From NCBI RefSeq assembly GCF_009914755.1, contig NC_060925.1: a stretch of DNA of 64,000 nt; one strand, written 5' to 3'. This DNA comes from the human T2T-CHM13v2.0 reference genome, Homo sapiens. The notes under the pieces were generated by a model. That model saw only the letters and a program-made list of their open reading frames with translations. It searched no databases and had not been told where the DNA came from. Of the stretch, positions 1-16,999 are shown in pieces. Position 1 is the stretch's first letter; every line of letters begins with the position of its first letter. Position numbers and translations under genes: made by a program.

Positions 1-248
<248 letters not shown>

Positions 249-389
249 TAGTACCTTTCTAAAGTACAATGTACGAGTACTTTTCTTTCCATTTCTTAGA
301 TCTTTGCTACCTAAAGTTTAAGTACATAGATTAGCAGCATTGAAAGCTTCTTATAAATACTTCAAAGCACTTGAGCACTTTTAATTTAT

Positions 390-725
390 GCATTTCTGTT
401 GGTTATAATACTTGGGAGTGAAATCACTGAGTCATAGAGTATATACATGTTCAGTTTTAGTAGTTACCCATTTTGCATCAATTTATTGTTTTCCCAAGTG
501 TTTGCACTAATTTACATTCCCTCCAGCAACCTATAAAAGTTCCAGTTGCTGTATTTCTTGACTAATACATGGCATTGTCTGTCTTTTTTATTGTGCTATT
601 CTGGTGGGTGTATTATGGTATTGTATTGCATTGTGGTCTTAATTTACTTTTCTCTGATGACCCATGATATTGAGCACCTTTTCATGTTTATTGACTATCT
701 AGATCTCCTCTTTTCTAAATCTGTT
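390..725 (-). mobile_element. Old L1 (L1M) fragment
   Basis: Resembles the antisense L1 ORF2 3' end (aatttacattccctccagca...gatattgagcaccttttcatg). Confidence 0.7.
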
Positions 726-3060
726 TTCCTGTGAGACATATACCTTCTTTTGTAATGCCCGGACCTTGACTAAATTGTAGTTCTGGTGCTGATGGTTATT
801 ATTTTTTCTTCTGATTCTTTTCCATATTTAGAAGCTTCTGGAATGCAGTACTACATAGGATTCTTTAGGACTTGGAATATATAGATAATAACTCTCTTTT
901 GATAGGTGTTTGTTGGTTTGCTCAGATATGAGAGTGATTAGCACACCAAACTTACATACACCTCATATTCTAAAGCAGCAATACTAGTAGATTGTGAAGC
1001 CTGTATCATATATTCACGCACCCCAAGTATTAGAGTTAGTCATGCATTTTTTTTCCATACAGTAAATAAATAGTTACTGAGTGTTAGTTATGTGTTAGGT
1101 ACTGTGCCAGATGCCAAGGATCAATGATAAATGAGACACAGACCCTGTTCTGAAGGAGCTAGCCACCGTAAAGGAGATCAGTAACAACAACAGCAAAGTA
1201 GGTAATTACAGCACTTGATGTTAAGAGCCACCAGGAAGAGGAGCTGTGGGATTACATTAGAACATCACTTAATCAGACTGTTGAGTTGGTGGAATGAGTT
1301 GGGGAATGGGGTGCTAGTTAGGGAATGCTTACTGAAAGACGGTACTTCATTTGAAAGACAAATGAGACATAGACATGTGATGCATTGGAGATTTGGTGAA
1401 TGGGAATTTAAATAGTTCACATATTTAATGGCATTTATGTATTCCATTGAATACAGTTCAACTGAAATTTGCTGAATGCTTATCATAAACTGGGCATGTG
1501 TTGGCTCTGAAAATGAGAGAAAGCACAGTCCTTATGGGAAGTTCCAAATAGTTCTAAATGACTGAAGTATAACATTTGAGGTGAGGGAATAGTGAATGAT
1601 GTTACAGGAAAGACAGGCAGAGACATATATATGTATTATATAAATACTTTATGTATACCTATAGCACTATATGAAGTCCTTTAATATTCAACCATTCTGA
1701 TTACCTTCTTACTCCAATTTTCCAATTAGGTGCATAACATGCTGTGAGTGTAGAATGGGTTTCAGCTTCCCAATATCAGTGGAGCCTCCATTCTATATGG
1801 TACCATAATTTGTCCTGACTACCAGAGCTTCTGTCCAACACCATCGTACAAAATTCTTGAATCTTCCCCTTGGTTTTCATTTCAGTCAGCTTGCCTTACC
1901 TGTAATTACAGGGTATACAGAAGACTAATCTTTCTTACTACTAAAGTATTTCATAACATATGGACACTTTGGTCAAAAGCAATTAGTGGAAAGAGAAGTG
2001 TTTCTGATTCAGGGTCTACAGAAAATAAGATAGTGGAGCTGGCTGAGGACTGATACACATGCCTTCCATCAGAGCCAAAACTTATCTATGCTCGTTCCTC
2101 ATTTCATTCATTCTTGCCCCCAGTGTTTTTTTCCCCCACCTCTTAAACTTAGGGCCAATTTAAAGGTCTGGCCTTCAGACTGTTTAGGGTCATGAGGGGA
2201 ACATTGTAACTGGTAGCCAAAAATGCCATTCCAACTGGAAGGCTATATCTCTAGCATCTAAACTTGGAATTCTAAGTGTCACTTCTCCCAAACCCAAATT
2301 ATTATTACATATGGTGTGTATTAATAAATTCTATAATACCTTTAATATGATAGCATTATTTTATATATTATAAGTTAAATCTTTCGTTGGGTAACCACAG
2401 ATTGCATTATAGTATAATCATTAGGAACATAGGCTTTAGAATCAGATAGATCTGGATTTAAATACTGATTTTGTCCATTACTAGTCAGTTTGAATTTCTC
2501 TAAGTCTTAGTTTCCACATCTATAAAATTTCCTCATACAGTCATTAAAAGCTTAAATGAAACAATGTATATAAAATGTTAAACATGTATATATACATATA
2601 GATACACACCTGCTAAGGTATCCCTCACAGATTTGTGAGAAAGAATAATTAACTGTCATTAAATAACCCCTGCTACAAATCTGGATTATAAATTGACTTC
2701 TGTAGACACCCTGAAGGATGATGTCCATTTCTTGGTAGTCTCTCTTGTGCCTTCACTTGGAGACCCTCCTGAAGGACTTAGTGCACATTTTCTTTTTAGT
2801 CTAAATTTTAAGTCAGACCACCCCAAATATGTCCCAAAAGTTCTAAGAAACTTTTTAAGCTATGGTAATACAATGGTAGGCTTGATTTTATTTATTTAGA
2901 TAAAATACGATGATAGACTTGATTTTACTTATTATATAGACTAATAACTTCCTGGGAGCACTGTGATTGCCACACTTCCAAAGAGAAGAAAAACTTTTCA
3001 AGCACCAAAAAAGTAGCTTAAAAACAAATTTTGTACACCAGTCAGGGACTCTTTAGAGTG

Positions 3061-3300
3061 CACTCATAGGTGGGAATTGAACAATGAGATCACATGGACA
3101 CAGGAAGGGGAACATCACACTCTGGGGACTGTTGTGGGGTGGGGGGAAGGGGGAGGGATAGCATTGGGAGATATACCTAATGTTAGATGACGAGTTAGTG
3201 GGTGCAGCACACCAGCATGGCACATGTATACATATGTAACAAACCTGCACATTGTGCACATGTACCCCAAAACTTAAAGTATAAAAAAAAAAAAAAGAAA
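3061..3300 (+). mobile_element. Young L1PA (L1PA2/3-like) 3' end, heavily 5'-truncated, with poly(A)
   Basis: cactcataggtgggaattgaacaatgag...gatgacgagttagtggg...aacttaaagtataaaa; GAG rather than the Ta-type ACA diagnostic. Confidence 0.93.
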
Positions 3301-3976
3301 TACCACCTTCAGCACCTTGTCCAGTGGAGCATGTGAAATTAAGTACTTAGATTCTTTTTGTGGACTGAAGCTTCATTTTCTTTGGGCTAGTTCAAATTAT
3401 TATGCAGTATTTCCATAGCCTTTACATTTTGGCAACTCTTTTCTTTGATCCTAGCAGAAAAATAGGTTATAATTTTGGCCCCAAAGAATTATTTTTTAAT
3501 TGTTCCTTTTGTTTTATTAGATATGATAATATCCTAAACTATATAATATATTAAAATAGAATGAGGATGTATCTGATATGAATTACTATGGGATGATGTA
3601 CAGATACAGAAGTGTTCCAAACTATGCCTTATGAAACTGTAGTGTCTTGCCTGTGGTAAAAAATGCTGGACTTCATATGGGAATGATATTGGAAATTTGA
3701 AAACTTTTAATCTTTGTGTAAAACGATTGTGTATTTATACCTGTATAACACAGCTATGTGAAGTTCTGTGTCTTGTATATAAAGACAAATGTGTCAAAAC
3801 TGAAAAGCATCCAGAAAGTGGCAACCGAAATCGTCAAGAGGCAGGAGTGGCTTAAAAGCTTTATACCCTTCAATGTGGAATGATCCTCAGGGATATCATT
3901 AGGAAAGTCTTAGAGTTGGAAGGGGAATTAGCTTTGATCTACTCCAACCTGTTATTTAATGCAGGAATTTATCTTA

Positions 3977-4380
<404 letters not shown>

Positions 4381-6976
4381 CTACTGGGATCTACCATGGT
4401 CACTCACCTACTAGTTGAGTGACCACAGGCAAATTCTTAACCTCTCTGCAAATTTTTACCCAGCCCCATTTCCTGGCTTATTATTGCCAGCATCTGTGTT
4501 CCTGACAATAGGCGAAGACACAAGGGATCTAGCCTCTGACCCCATCCCATCTAGCATTGAGAGATGAACTGAGAATCAAGTAAATGTTTGCATTATACAT
4601 CTGGTGGAAAAAAAGTATATTCAGCATATAGTAGTTACCTTAAAAAATGAAATTTTCAGCATAGACCAGAGTGGTGAAAAGCAAGTTTAGGGGAGGCTTC
4701 ATGGATCAGACAAGTCTGTTAGTTGAAGGAGAGTCTATTGACAGTTCCCAGTTCTGCCTTCTGGAACAACATAAATCAGTTTAATTCCTTCTGTGTGACA
4801 ATTCTTCACCTTATCAAACGTAAAATATAAAAGGCATAGTTCGGGTGAGTGTGGATTTTTCCCCTCTTAAAATTCCATAGCTTTAGAGAGTGTTTTGTGT
4901 ATTTTGGCTAAAATTTAGGAAAAACAAAATGAACCACTAATGGGTGATAATTTTGTAGAGCTCTTTAACTTTTTAATCCAAAAAATTGTGTGGACTATAA
5001 ATTAAAATTTGTTTCCATCAACTCATATATGGTTACTCAGCAAAATTGGAAATTTGAACTAGATTCCAAACCTTTTGAGTTTTAAAATATTCTAAATAGT
5101 GTATTATTTAGATTCAGCTTTGAGTGACAGAAATATCCAAAATAAGAATGGCTTAAACAAATAGCAGTATTTTGCTGTCTTGTAAAAGTCTGAGCAGGTG
5201 ATGTAGACTGTTGTTATGTCTGATGGTGTCAAAAATATGGTTTTCTCTTTCCTGTTGCTCTCCCCTTCTTAAGTCTGGTCTTGAGGTGCAAAATGGTGGC
5301 TTTGATAATTCTAGGCTTCAGGATGAAGGAAGGGATGAGGAATAAGTTGCCAGGGACATTTCTGCTTTATATCTCATTGGCTGGAACATACTCAGGTGGC
5401 CACATCTATTAATAGTTACAAGAGAGGCTAAGATGCAGGCTGTACTCTGGGTAGCCATGTACTCAGTTGTAATTTGGGAGTTTGATGTATGGGAGAAAGA
5501 AAGATGCAGAAGATATTGGGGGACAACCAGCAGTGTAATGTAATTAGTATAGCTACTTACTTGAGTAGGCCTTCATTAAATCGTTGTTCAACAGATGAAT
5601 GTTTCTAATTGCTCCTGTCAAAGTAGGTATTGATCTGGATATTTACGTATATACATGATAAATTATGGCAAGATTATTTATTATTGGTGTTTTTATAATT
5701 TTATTTCTCATCTACTCTTTATGAATATGGTATATCTGACAGTCTTCAGGCAGATGTAATACTGTACAAGATTTATTTCAGTTTATTTATTGCGGTCTCC
5801 CCACCCCCCAAAACTTGGAGGCGTATTAAAAAATCTCTTCTCATGTGTCTGTCTATGATCAACGTTTCTTGCATATGCTCGGCAAATGTTTTGAGATTGA
5901 ATAAATGAATGGTAATAAAACTTTGAGGCATCCAAGCCTTTTCTTTTAATTTCTTTTGTTTCGATTTACACAAACAAAAGTTTATATCTGTAATATACAT
6001 AGAAGAAATTCTTGACCTTAAATCTGTATTTATTACAAGATTTTCAGGAACATTCATTCAGCTTTCAGGTGGAATGTGGTTAGGTTTGGATTTAATTATG
6101 GTTAAGTACCAATTATGACGTTATTAGGCAAAAAAGGCTAAATCCCCATTGTAGGGATTTCAGTGCTAGTTATTTCATTGAGGCTATTGGGGATTTAAGG
6201 AGAGAGACGTATTTGTTAGACCAGCCTGGCAAGGTGTTTGGGTCTTATAAAATTCCCAAAGATGAGTAATAAACTACCCAGGTATCAAGAAACCATTTAA
6301 CTTATTTTAATTGAATAGAAAGTTCCTAGAAATCGGTAAGGTTTTTCTGGAGTCCTAGAAACATATTTTGAAATGGTAGCAAGTTATATTGCTTGAACTT
6401 GATATGTCTCACTTTGTTTGTTTTATATGCTGAGAAAGTAACTTTCAAGCTTCATTAAATTTTTTGACATAATTTACAGTTTGCAAAAGTTATTAAGATA
6501 AAAATAATCTCCAGCGACAGAAACTCAGTTCTTCCTAAGTCATCGCATTACATGTTTGGAGTACTCTGACTGAGGGTATTACTCTGTGGCAGTTATGCTG
6601 GCTCTGAAGTCAGACAGCCCAGGTCAGATGTTATGCCATCACTTACTGTGTGACCTCGGGTGACTTATTTAGCTCCTCTGTGCCTCAGGTTTCTCATCTA
6701 TACACTGGAGGGTAATAATACTTCATAGAGTTGAGAGAGCAGGGAAGCTAGCACTTAGAATAAAGCTTAGTACATAATAAACAATAAATGTCATTAATGG
6801 TCACTTTTGTCATCATTATTAATGTTTTTCTCAAAATGAGTTAAAATATGACTCCAAGAAATATTTAGGAGATTATATCAGTTGACTTTTTCATTTGTAG
6901 CATATATGCTATGTGCTACCAAGTGAAATAGAAGACACAAGTTTGGTGAAGAAGAGGAGGAGAATGCTGAATGTGG

Positions 6977-7286
6977 TTTTTTTGTTTTTGTTTTTCATTT
7001 TTTTAGAGACAGGGTCTCACTCTGTCACCCAGGCTGTATTGCAGTGGCACCATCTTGGGTTACTACAACCTCCGCCTCCCAGGCTCAAGGGATCCTCCTT
7101 CCTCACCCTCCTAAGTAGCTGGGACTATAGACATGTGCCACCACACCCAGCTAATTTTTTATTTTTAGTAGAGATGGGGTTTTGCCATGTTGCCCAGGCT
7201 GGTCTCGAACTCCTGGGCTCAAGTGAACCACCTGCCTCAGCCTCCCAAAGTGCTGGGATTACAGGCATGAGCTGTCATGCTTGGCC
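6977..7286 (-). mobile_element. Alu (AluJ-like)
   Basis: Antisense Alu; source of ORF 6913..7350. Confidence 0.93.
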
Positions 7287-7958
7287 CTTGAATTTAGTTT
7301 TGAATGTGTTGAACTTGAGTTATTTCTGGGATATTAATCTTGAAATATGAATTTAAAGGAGGGACAGAGGTCACTGGCATATGGGTGATAATTAAAACTA
7401 TGGGAGATGAATGACATAACATAAGGGTCTACCGTGGGCCTAGGTTTGAAACCTGGGGATACTAACCTTCAAAGAACAGGCAGAGGACATAAAGGAAGCC
7501 ATCTGAGAGTTAGTAGGAGGAACAGGAGAGAGAAATACCACCAAAAAGAGGTATGGTGTCTGATGAAATAGAGGTTATAGTAATCTGAGAACTGAAAAGT
7601 ATCCATGGCTTGTTAATTAATGGGTATTTTGTGACTGTTTGGTATCTGTAGAGTGGAGGTGGAAACCAGATAGCTGTGAATTTAGGGATGGTGATAAGGG
7701 AGGAAAAGAAGGCAATAAATGTAACTACTGTAACTACTCTTGAGAAATTTTAATGAGACAAGTTGGAAACTAGAGGAAGATACAGGATCAATGGAAAAGT
7801 TTTGGAGGGTATATGATTTGGATAGGCTTAAGAGAAATAGCCATTAGAAAAGGAAAAAGGTTGAATATGAGGACAGTGTAGAAAAGATGGGTTCAAGGCC
7901 AAAGTTGACGAGACTGGCTTTGAATAGGAGGAGGGATGTGGACAGAAGTAAGCCTTTA

Positions 7959-8260
<302 letters not shown>

Positions 8261-9195
8261 AGATAGGAAAAGTCACTCCAAATGACTTCCATGTTCTCTA
8301 AAGAAATAAAAAAGGGTGTTTGTCACTGAAAGGAGGGTTAGATAGATGTTTTGAGGAGAGTAGTGAAAGATTAGAATAGAATTGAGGAAAATGGGAGAGG
8401 TAGCTGACAAATTTGTTCTTCGACTGAGGGATTTTTCACCTGAACAGTATTTAAAGATATCACTGTTAGTGTGGATGCCATGAATGTGTTATATGAAAAA
8501 ACAGAATGACTATATTTATCATAGAATATATTGATTTAGCACCTCTGTGTACAAAGCACTGTGCGCATATACTTCCTGAGAGATTCAGATGAGCACTGGT
8601 CATCTTGTCCAAGGAGAGTATGAGCTAATAGCTCAGGTCATGTGATTGTCACAAATGCAAATGTTTATAAAAGATTAAAAATGGTAAATGACACATGAGT
8701 TTTATAAACATACTATAACAGTTTGAAAGAGATAGAGATTCCATCAAATGGGGGAAAATAAGAGGACTTTATGAAAAAGGCACAAAAAAGGGCTAGGTGT
8801 GAATTCTCTGTTGAAATAGTAATTATTGTGAATTTTTGATTTATTACACTATTTATTCTTCTATAATACAATGACTGGCATTAAACAGAAGAAGAGAAAC
8901 AAAGAGATTAATGAAACAGTGAGTTCTCTCCTGTCCAAACAATGTTCTAAAGTTGATTATGTTTTTAGTAAGAATATAGAATTCAGTAATCATTTTCACA
9001 AATATTCCACAAATAGGAACGTCTCTGTTAGGTGCAAAAGATACAGAGATGACTAAGATACAGTTTCTGTCCTCAGAGAGTGCATACTCTAATAGAAGAA
9101 ATAGAAGTAAAAAGAACTGTAGTTTTGTACAACAAGGGATATAAAGATGGTATATATGAGTAGAGAAGTTTAGGGCACAATGGAAGGAAGCATGA

Positions 9196-9393
<198 letters not shown>

Positions 9394-9583
9394 TAAGTAT
9401 TTTTGTATCTAATAATACCAAAGAGACACCTATCTTAAAATGTTTTTTAGGAATTTTATAATAATTGTTAATTGTTAACCTTTTACAAAGATTTTTTTTC
9501 ATGTTCATATTCAGCAAGTGTTAATTCATTTAACCTTTATCAGTCCTTTTTTTTGCATACTCTTGGTTAGACTGAACAGACAT

Positions 9584-9657
9584 TGTTTCTAAATTAGTAC
9601 TCAATTTATGTTTCTAAATTAGTACTCAATTTATGTTTCTAAATTAGTACATCAATT
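9584..9657. repeat. 25-bp minisatellite, about 3 copies (tgtttctaaattagtactcaattta)
   Basis: Two exact copies at 9584 and 9609, partial third at 9634. Confidence 0.95.
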
Positions 9658-10998
9658 CTCAAGTGATGAATGAAGTTGATTCATCACATTTAGAAGTTGA
9701 TTCTTATCCAACTTTAAATGTCATTCAGGGCTTTGACATTTCTAGATTCATTTTTATAATTTTTATCTAGTCAATTTTCACTAACATTCAGGGTATTTTT
9801 TCCTTTGGAAAGATAGAAAGTATATGTCAAAGATTATTTCACATAGTATATTACTTGTAGAAGTGAAAGTAGTACTATAACCATAAAGCTTTTAGGAAGG
9901 CAAATGTGTTTTTTTCCCCTTGGAATAAATTATAAACTTAAAAGTTAGGTAAATATTGAGATAAATAAGATAAGTAATTGAAAGATAAATAGATTATTTT
10001 AAAATTGACTAGACCCTAGAAAATTTAAATATTCATTGTGCAATAATGTGTTTCTTTCAGTCATTTAAAGTTGCAGTTTAATATTTGTTGGGAAAATGTA
10101 ACGTGCTAGACACTGAAAATTGTCTTATTTATCTTTAAGCTTGGATACAGTTTTATAAAATAAGTATTGCTCTTACTTATTGAGTACCTGATAGTGGTCA
10201 GGAACTGTACCAAGCATTTTTTTTTTGTCAAGTTTCTGCTGAATGTGTGGAGCATTTTCCTTATTTAATTTAATATTATCTTCATGATCAGTGTCTAAAG
10301 TAGGCTTACTTTATAGACAAGGAAACTGCATTATCTAAAAAGTAATAGCAGCTTATCCAAGGCCACACAGCTAGTAAGTCACAGAGCTGGTAGTTGAGGT
10401 CAAACCTGATTCCAAATGCCATGCTGTTAATGCTCCAGCATTCCAGTTTTTCTTAAAACTGAGAGTTATATAAATTCCTTTTAAAGAAAAAATAAATTTA
10501 TGGATCCCTCATTTTGACTTAATTATTTTTAATATACCATTACTTAAGAAACAAAGCCCTATGTATAAACTTTATATGCATATAGTTCGAATACAACTAT
10601 GAAACCAAAAGAAATTCACAATTTAAATACAAAAAAACAATGGAATCAATGGGATTCAAAGCAGTATCAATAGTATAATGTGACAAATAACAGTGTTTTA
10701 TAACAACCAAAATCATTGTTAGAGAGTTTAATAGTGGAAACAGTAGGAGGAGATCAAATACTAAATTTATATTGTGAGTCAAATAAGATTGGTACAGAGA
10801 AAGCATGTTCATATAAATATACTATTAAAAAAGAAGTATTAATAACTCTGAGATGTTATTTGCTAGTTCATTAAAATCAGGCATTATATTTAGGCTGATC
10901 TTTGTCAGTGAGCAGTCTTTGAATGTCAGCATTAATGGGAACAACTTGATAACCCTGTGGAGTTATATTGTTTACTTGATGACAAGAGTAGCATATAA

Positions 10999-11512
10999 GT
11001 GTGGTAAGCAGAGTAATACCTGCCCCCCATGTCTATTTCCTAATTCCCAGAATTTGTGAATATGTTAGGTTGCATGGCAAAGGGTAACATTGCTAAGCAG
11101 CTGACCTTAAACTAGGGAGGTTATCCTGGATCATGTAGGTGGGCCAAATATTAACACAGTGGTTCTTAAAAGTAGAGGAGAAGAGTAGAAGAAAAGAGTC
11201 AGAGAAAAAGGTCTGAACATAGAAACAACATCAGAATGATAAAATGGGAGAAGGACTCAACTGGCCGTTTCTGCGTTTGAAGATGGAGGAAAGGGAGCAT
11301 GAGTCAATGAATGCAGGCAGTCTCTACAAGCTGGGAAATGCAAAGAAATTCTGCCCCAGAGCCTTCAGAAGGCAACACAGCTCTGCTGGCACCTTGATTT
11401 TAGCCCACTGAGACATATGTCAAGCTTTTAAGATAAAGAACTGTAAGATAATACATTTGTGTTGTTTTAAGCCACTGAGTTTGAAGTATGGCAGCAATGG
11501 GAAACTAATACA
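10999..11512 (+). mobile_element. MaLR solo LTR (MLT1D-like)
   Basis: tgtggtaagcagagtaat...gtgaatatgtta...ttttaagccact...gcagcaatgggaaactaataca; TG...CA ends. Confidence 0.8.
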
Positions 11513-12530
11513 GCATCATTCTTGAAATCCTTAAATAAATGGCTGGTCCAATTATTGTTGAGATTTGGAACATTCATTTAGTCTTTACTGCTGTACTTAT
11601 TGTTAGTGAACTGTGGCTTATTGGTATTTTTAATGAAGGGACCCATGTGGTGCATCTTACCGGCAGCAAGAGTATGCCACTGACTGTTCAGAGCAGGCTT
11701 TTATGGGATTGGTGTGGATGACCGGTGATGACTCAGTTCTCACATCACTGCTAGGAAACCTTCATTCTTAGAGTAAGCTTCAATGTCATATGATCTTCAC
11801 TTGAAGTTCACTTAGTCGTAAACATAAACAAAATGAGGTCCCTGAAATTGCATGGCAGTACTTGATTATAAGGTTATCATCCAGGACCTATGTATTAGAT
11901 GGTCCAGAGTATGTATATAGAGGTTTTTAAAGATTGTCATAAGAATTAAAATTCCACCCATGAGCTTGGTAACTCACCTTTCCTATCCTTTGTTTCTTTA
12001 ACTTTAAAATGGGACACCTCATTTGAGGATTAAATGTGTTGGCACTGGTATAATGCCTAGTGTTTGATAAGCATTGGCCCAGAGCAGGAATTAGCAACTT
12101 ATAAACTAATTCCAGTCCTCTTTCATTATTCCAAATGGTTTTCACTTAACTGAAACAGTTAGTCTCTGACTTCAACTCTGTATTATTCATGACTTTGTTC
12201 TAGTTACTGGGTAACATCTAAGCTAAATCTCTTTGCTCTTCCCCACTGAGTGTCCACTTCCTATGAGAAGAGAAAGCTGAAATAGCCAGACTAAAAGTGT
12301 CATATGCTAGAATGAAAGTGGGGAAGGGAAAGATCTTTCCATATTTGCCTTATACCTTGACCTCATCACTTTTACAATGCCAACCCTGAAAGACTTTGAG
12401 GAAATTTTACCCGTTTGGGTATGAGTCCTACTATCTGTACAGTTCCCAGTTCCTAAAAACACAAATCAGATTTTATCAATAAGCAGTTGCAATTGTCATA
12501 ATTGTCATGAGGATTCTAAGGCTTCTTTTC

Positions 12531-12828
<298 letters not shown>

Positions 12829-13564
12829 CGAAGACTTATTTTTGATGTCATATTTATCAGTGTTTTCTTGCCTCCATTTCTATATTTACTTTCAATCATT
12901 TTATTTTTGTTTGACTGTCTCATCCTGATTATTTAATTATTTGCTGTTTTCTGAAGGAATTATAGAAGATTGTCAGAGTTGGTCAGAAAGTAATTGGCAG
13001 AGGTGAATTTGCAGTTTAAAACTTTTGGCTTCCAGCCTTGAGATTAATTCATTCAGCCACATTGCCTCTTTAATTGTAGATCTGATCTTAAAACAAAAAA
13101 CAAACAAACAAAAAAACACTCATGTATTTTTGCTACAGAAGAAGCTTATTGACATCGTCTGTAACAGTGTTAGTGATTTAAACAGAGAGAGCAACCTTAC
13201 CCTTTCAGTGGTTTTCTTTTGTGTAGCCTTGGACTGTCAGGAATAGTTTCCTTATTGCAAAAGTGGGACTCTAGAATTAGCAAGAAAGTTTGAGCATTGA
13301 ATGCCAAGAATGAAGGATATTTATTGCATGATTTCTTTATTAACCCAAATTGAAAAAAAAATTACAAATGAATGACCTAAAACCCACTGGTAGAAAATTA
13401 AAAGGCACAAATAGGATTTAAAGAAAAATCCAAACTTTCCTATGAAGTAGAATTTGTTGAATTGATTTTTGTCCTTTTTTTTCTTTCCTCCATAATTCTT
13501 AATGCAACTTGATTTTACTTGGTCAAAAGATGCTTGTTAGTCTGGTAGAGATGATCTTGTCTAA

Positions 13565-13863
13565 TTTTTTTTTTTTTTTTTTTGAGACAAAGTCTCGCTC
13601 TGTTGCCCAGGCTGGAGTGCAGTAGCATGATCTCAGCTCACTGCAACCTCCGCCTCCTGTGTTCAAGCGATTCTCCTGCCTCAGCCTCCTGAGTAGCTGG
13701 GACTACAGGCACACACCACCACACCCAGCTAATTTTTGTATTTTTAGTAGAGACGGGGTTTCACCATGTTGGCCAGGATGGCCTTGATCTCTTGACTTCG
13801 TGATCTGCCCACCTTGGCCTCCCAAAGTGCTGGGATTACGGGCGTGAGCCACCATGCCCAGCC
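13565..13863 (-). mobile_element. Alu (AluSc-like)
   Basis: Antisense Alu, aggatgg...gatctcttgac.tcgtgatc. Confidence 0.93.
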
Positions 13864-14604
13864 TAATTCTTTTTAGTCTATCTTATTTAACCTATGGCCT
13901 GCTTTTTAACATCATTAACCGCCAGCACCACCTTGAAATGTTGTCTCTAGGTTTCCATGACACCTCAGGCTTCTGTTTTCTTTTTTTCATTCTTGTTTAT
14001 TCTGAAAACTTTCCTTTATGGGCCCCGCTTTATCTTCCTGGCTGTTAAGTATTGATGCAGTCAAGTACACTGAGCTAGTGTAATTTTCTTAGTGAACCCT
14101 CTTTTGATGATTTCATCTACTACCATGGTGCCATTTGCCATCTCTATGCTGAAGATTTCCAAATCTTTATGATTTCTGGCCCTTTTGTTTCTCCAGATTT
14201 CTGAGCACATTTATCAAATTGTTTATCGGATGTTCACATTCTAAAGTCACAGAGTCACCTGAAGCTAAACTTTTCTCTCTCTTCCAAATTTACTTCTCTG
14301 TTTTTGGAGGGTGTGGTGGGAGAGTGGAGGGAGGTAAATGAAAATACCATTCATGCAGTTTCCCAAGCCCCAAACTTGGGCAAAATCTTTAATTTCTTCT
14401 TTTCCCTCATTTCTTACATACAATCAATCATTAAGGTCTGCACTTCTTTTTCCTAAGTGTCCTCTGAATTTATCCATTTTTCTTTGCTCTGTCAGGTTAC
14501 CATCTTGCTTGTTGTACTTCAGCTGTTTCCTCTGCTTGGAATACTTTATCCACATCTCCCTTTCCCTAGGCTGCCAATTCCAACTTGTCTTTTAAGTGCA
14601 ATTA

Positions 14605-15040
14605 CATTTGACCCTTGAACGGTATGGGTTTGAACCACATTGGTCTACTTATGCTTGGGTTTTATGCCGCCTTTGCTATCCTGAGACAGCAAGACCAACC
14701 CCTCCTCTTCCTCTTCCTCCTCAGTCTACTCAATATGAAGATGACAAGGATAAAGACCTTGATGGTGATCCATTTCCACTTAATGAGTAGTTGGTATATT
14801 TTCTCTTCCTTATGATTTTCCTAATAACATTTTCTTGTCTCTAGCTTACTTTACTATAAGAATACAGTAAATAATACATTTAACATGCAAAATGTGTGTT
14901 AATTATTTCTGTTATCTGTAAGGCTTCTGCTCAACAGTAGGCTATTAGTAGTTAAGTTTAGGGGTAGTCAAAAGTTAAACGTGGATTTTTGATGCACAGG
15001 GGTTGACACCCTAACCCCCACATTGTCTGAGGATCAACTG
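14605..15040. mobile_element. Tigger2a-like (TcMar) non-autonomous DNA transposon
   Basis: Terminal inverted repeats catttgacccttgaac / gtctgaggatcaactg flanked by TA; internal gagacagcaagaccaacccctcctcttcc; about 436 bp. Confidence 0.8.
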
Positions 15041-15233
15041 TACCCCTGAAAACCTACTTTACTCACTAAGACTAGGTTAGGCTCTAACTCCTCTTTGCTC
15101 TCAAAGCACTCAATGTTCACCTTTTCCAAAGCCCTTAAATTGTGTTGTAATTGCACATTTTCTTATTGGTATTTCCCACAAGACTGAAGTACTTAGGAGC
15201 AGGAATTATGGTTTTTTTTTTAATTCAAAAAAA

Positions 15234-16999
<1,766 letters not shown>

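Noticed and set aside
1899-1912. 14-bp perfect palindrome cctgtaattacagg
   Set aside because: A few palindromes of this length are expected by chance in 64 kb.
6913-7350. 145-aa ORF and similar ORFs (21761, 24357, 25035, 36551, 37099, 40268, 47404, 52175)
   Set aside because: These are translations of Alu sequence (e.g. [15 protein letters not shown]), not genes.
9584-9657. CRISPR-like repeat array
   Set aside because: Head-to-tail repeats with no spacers, no cas genes, and the DNA is eukaryotic.
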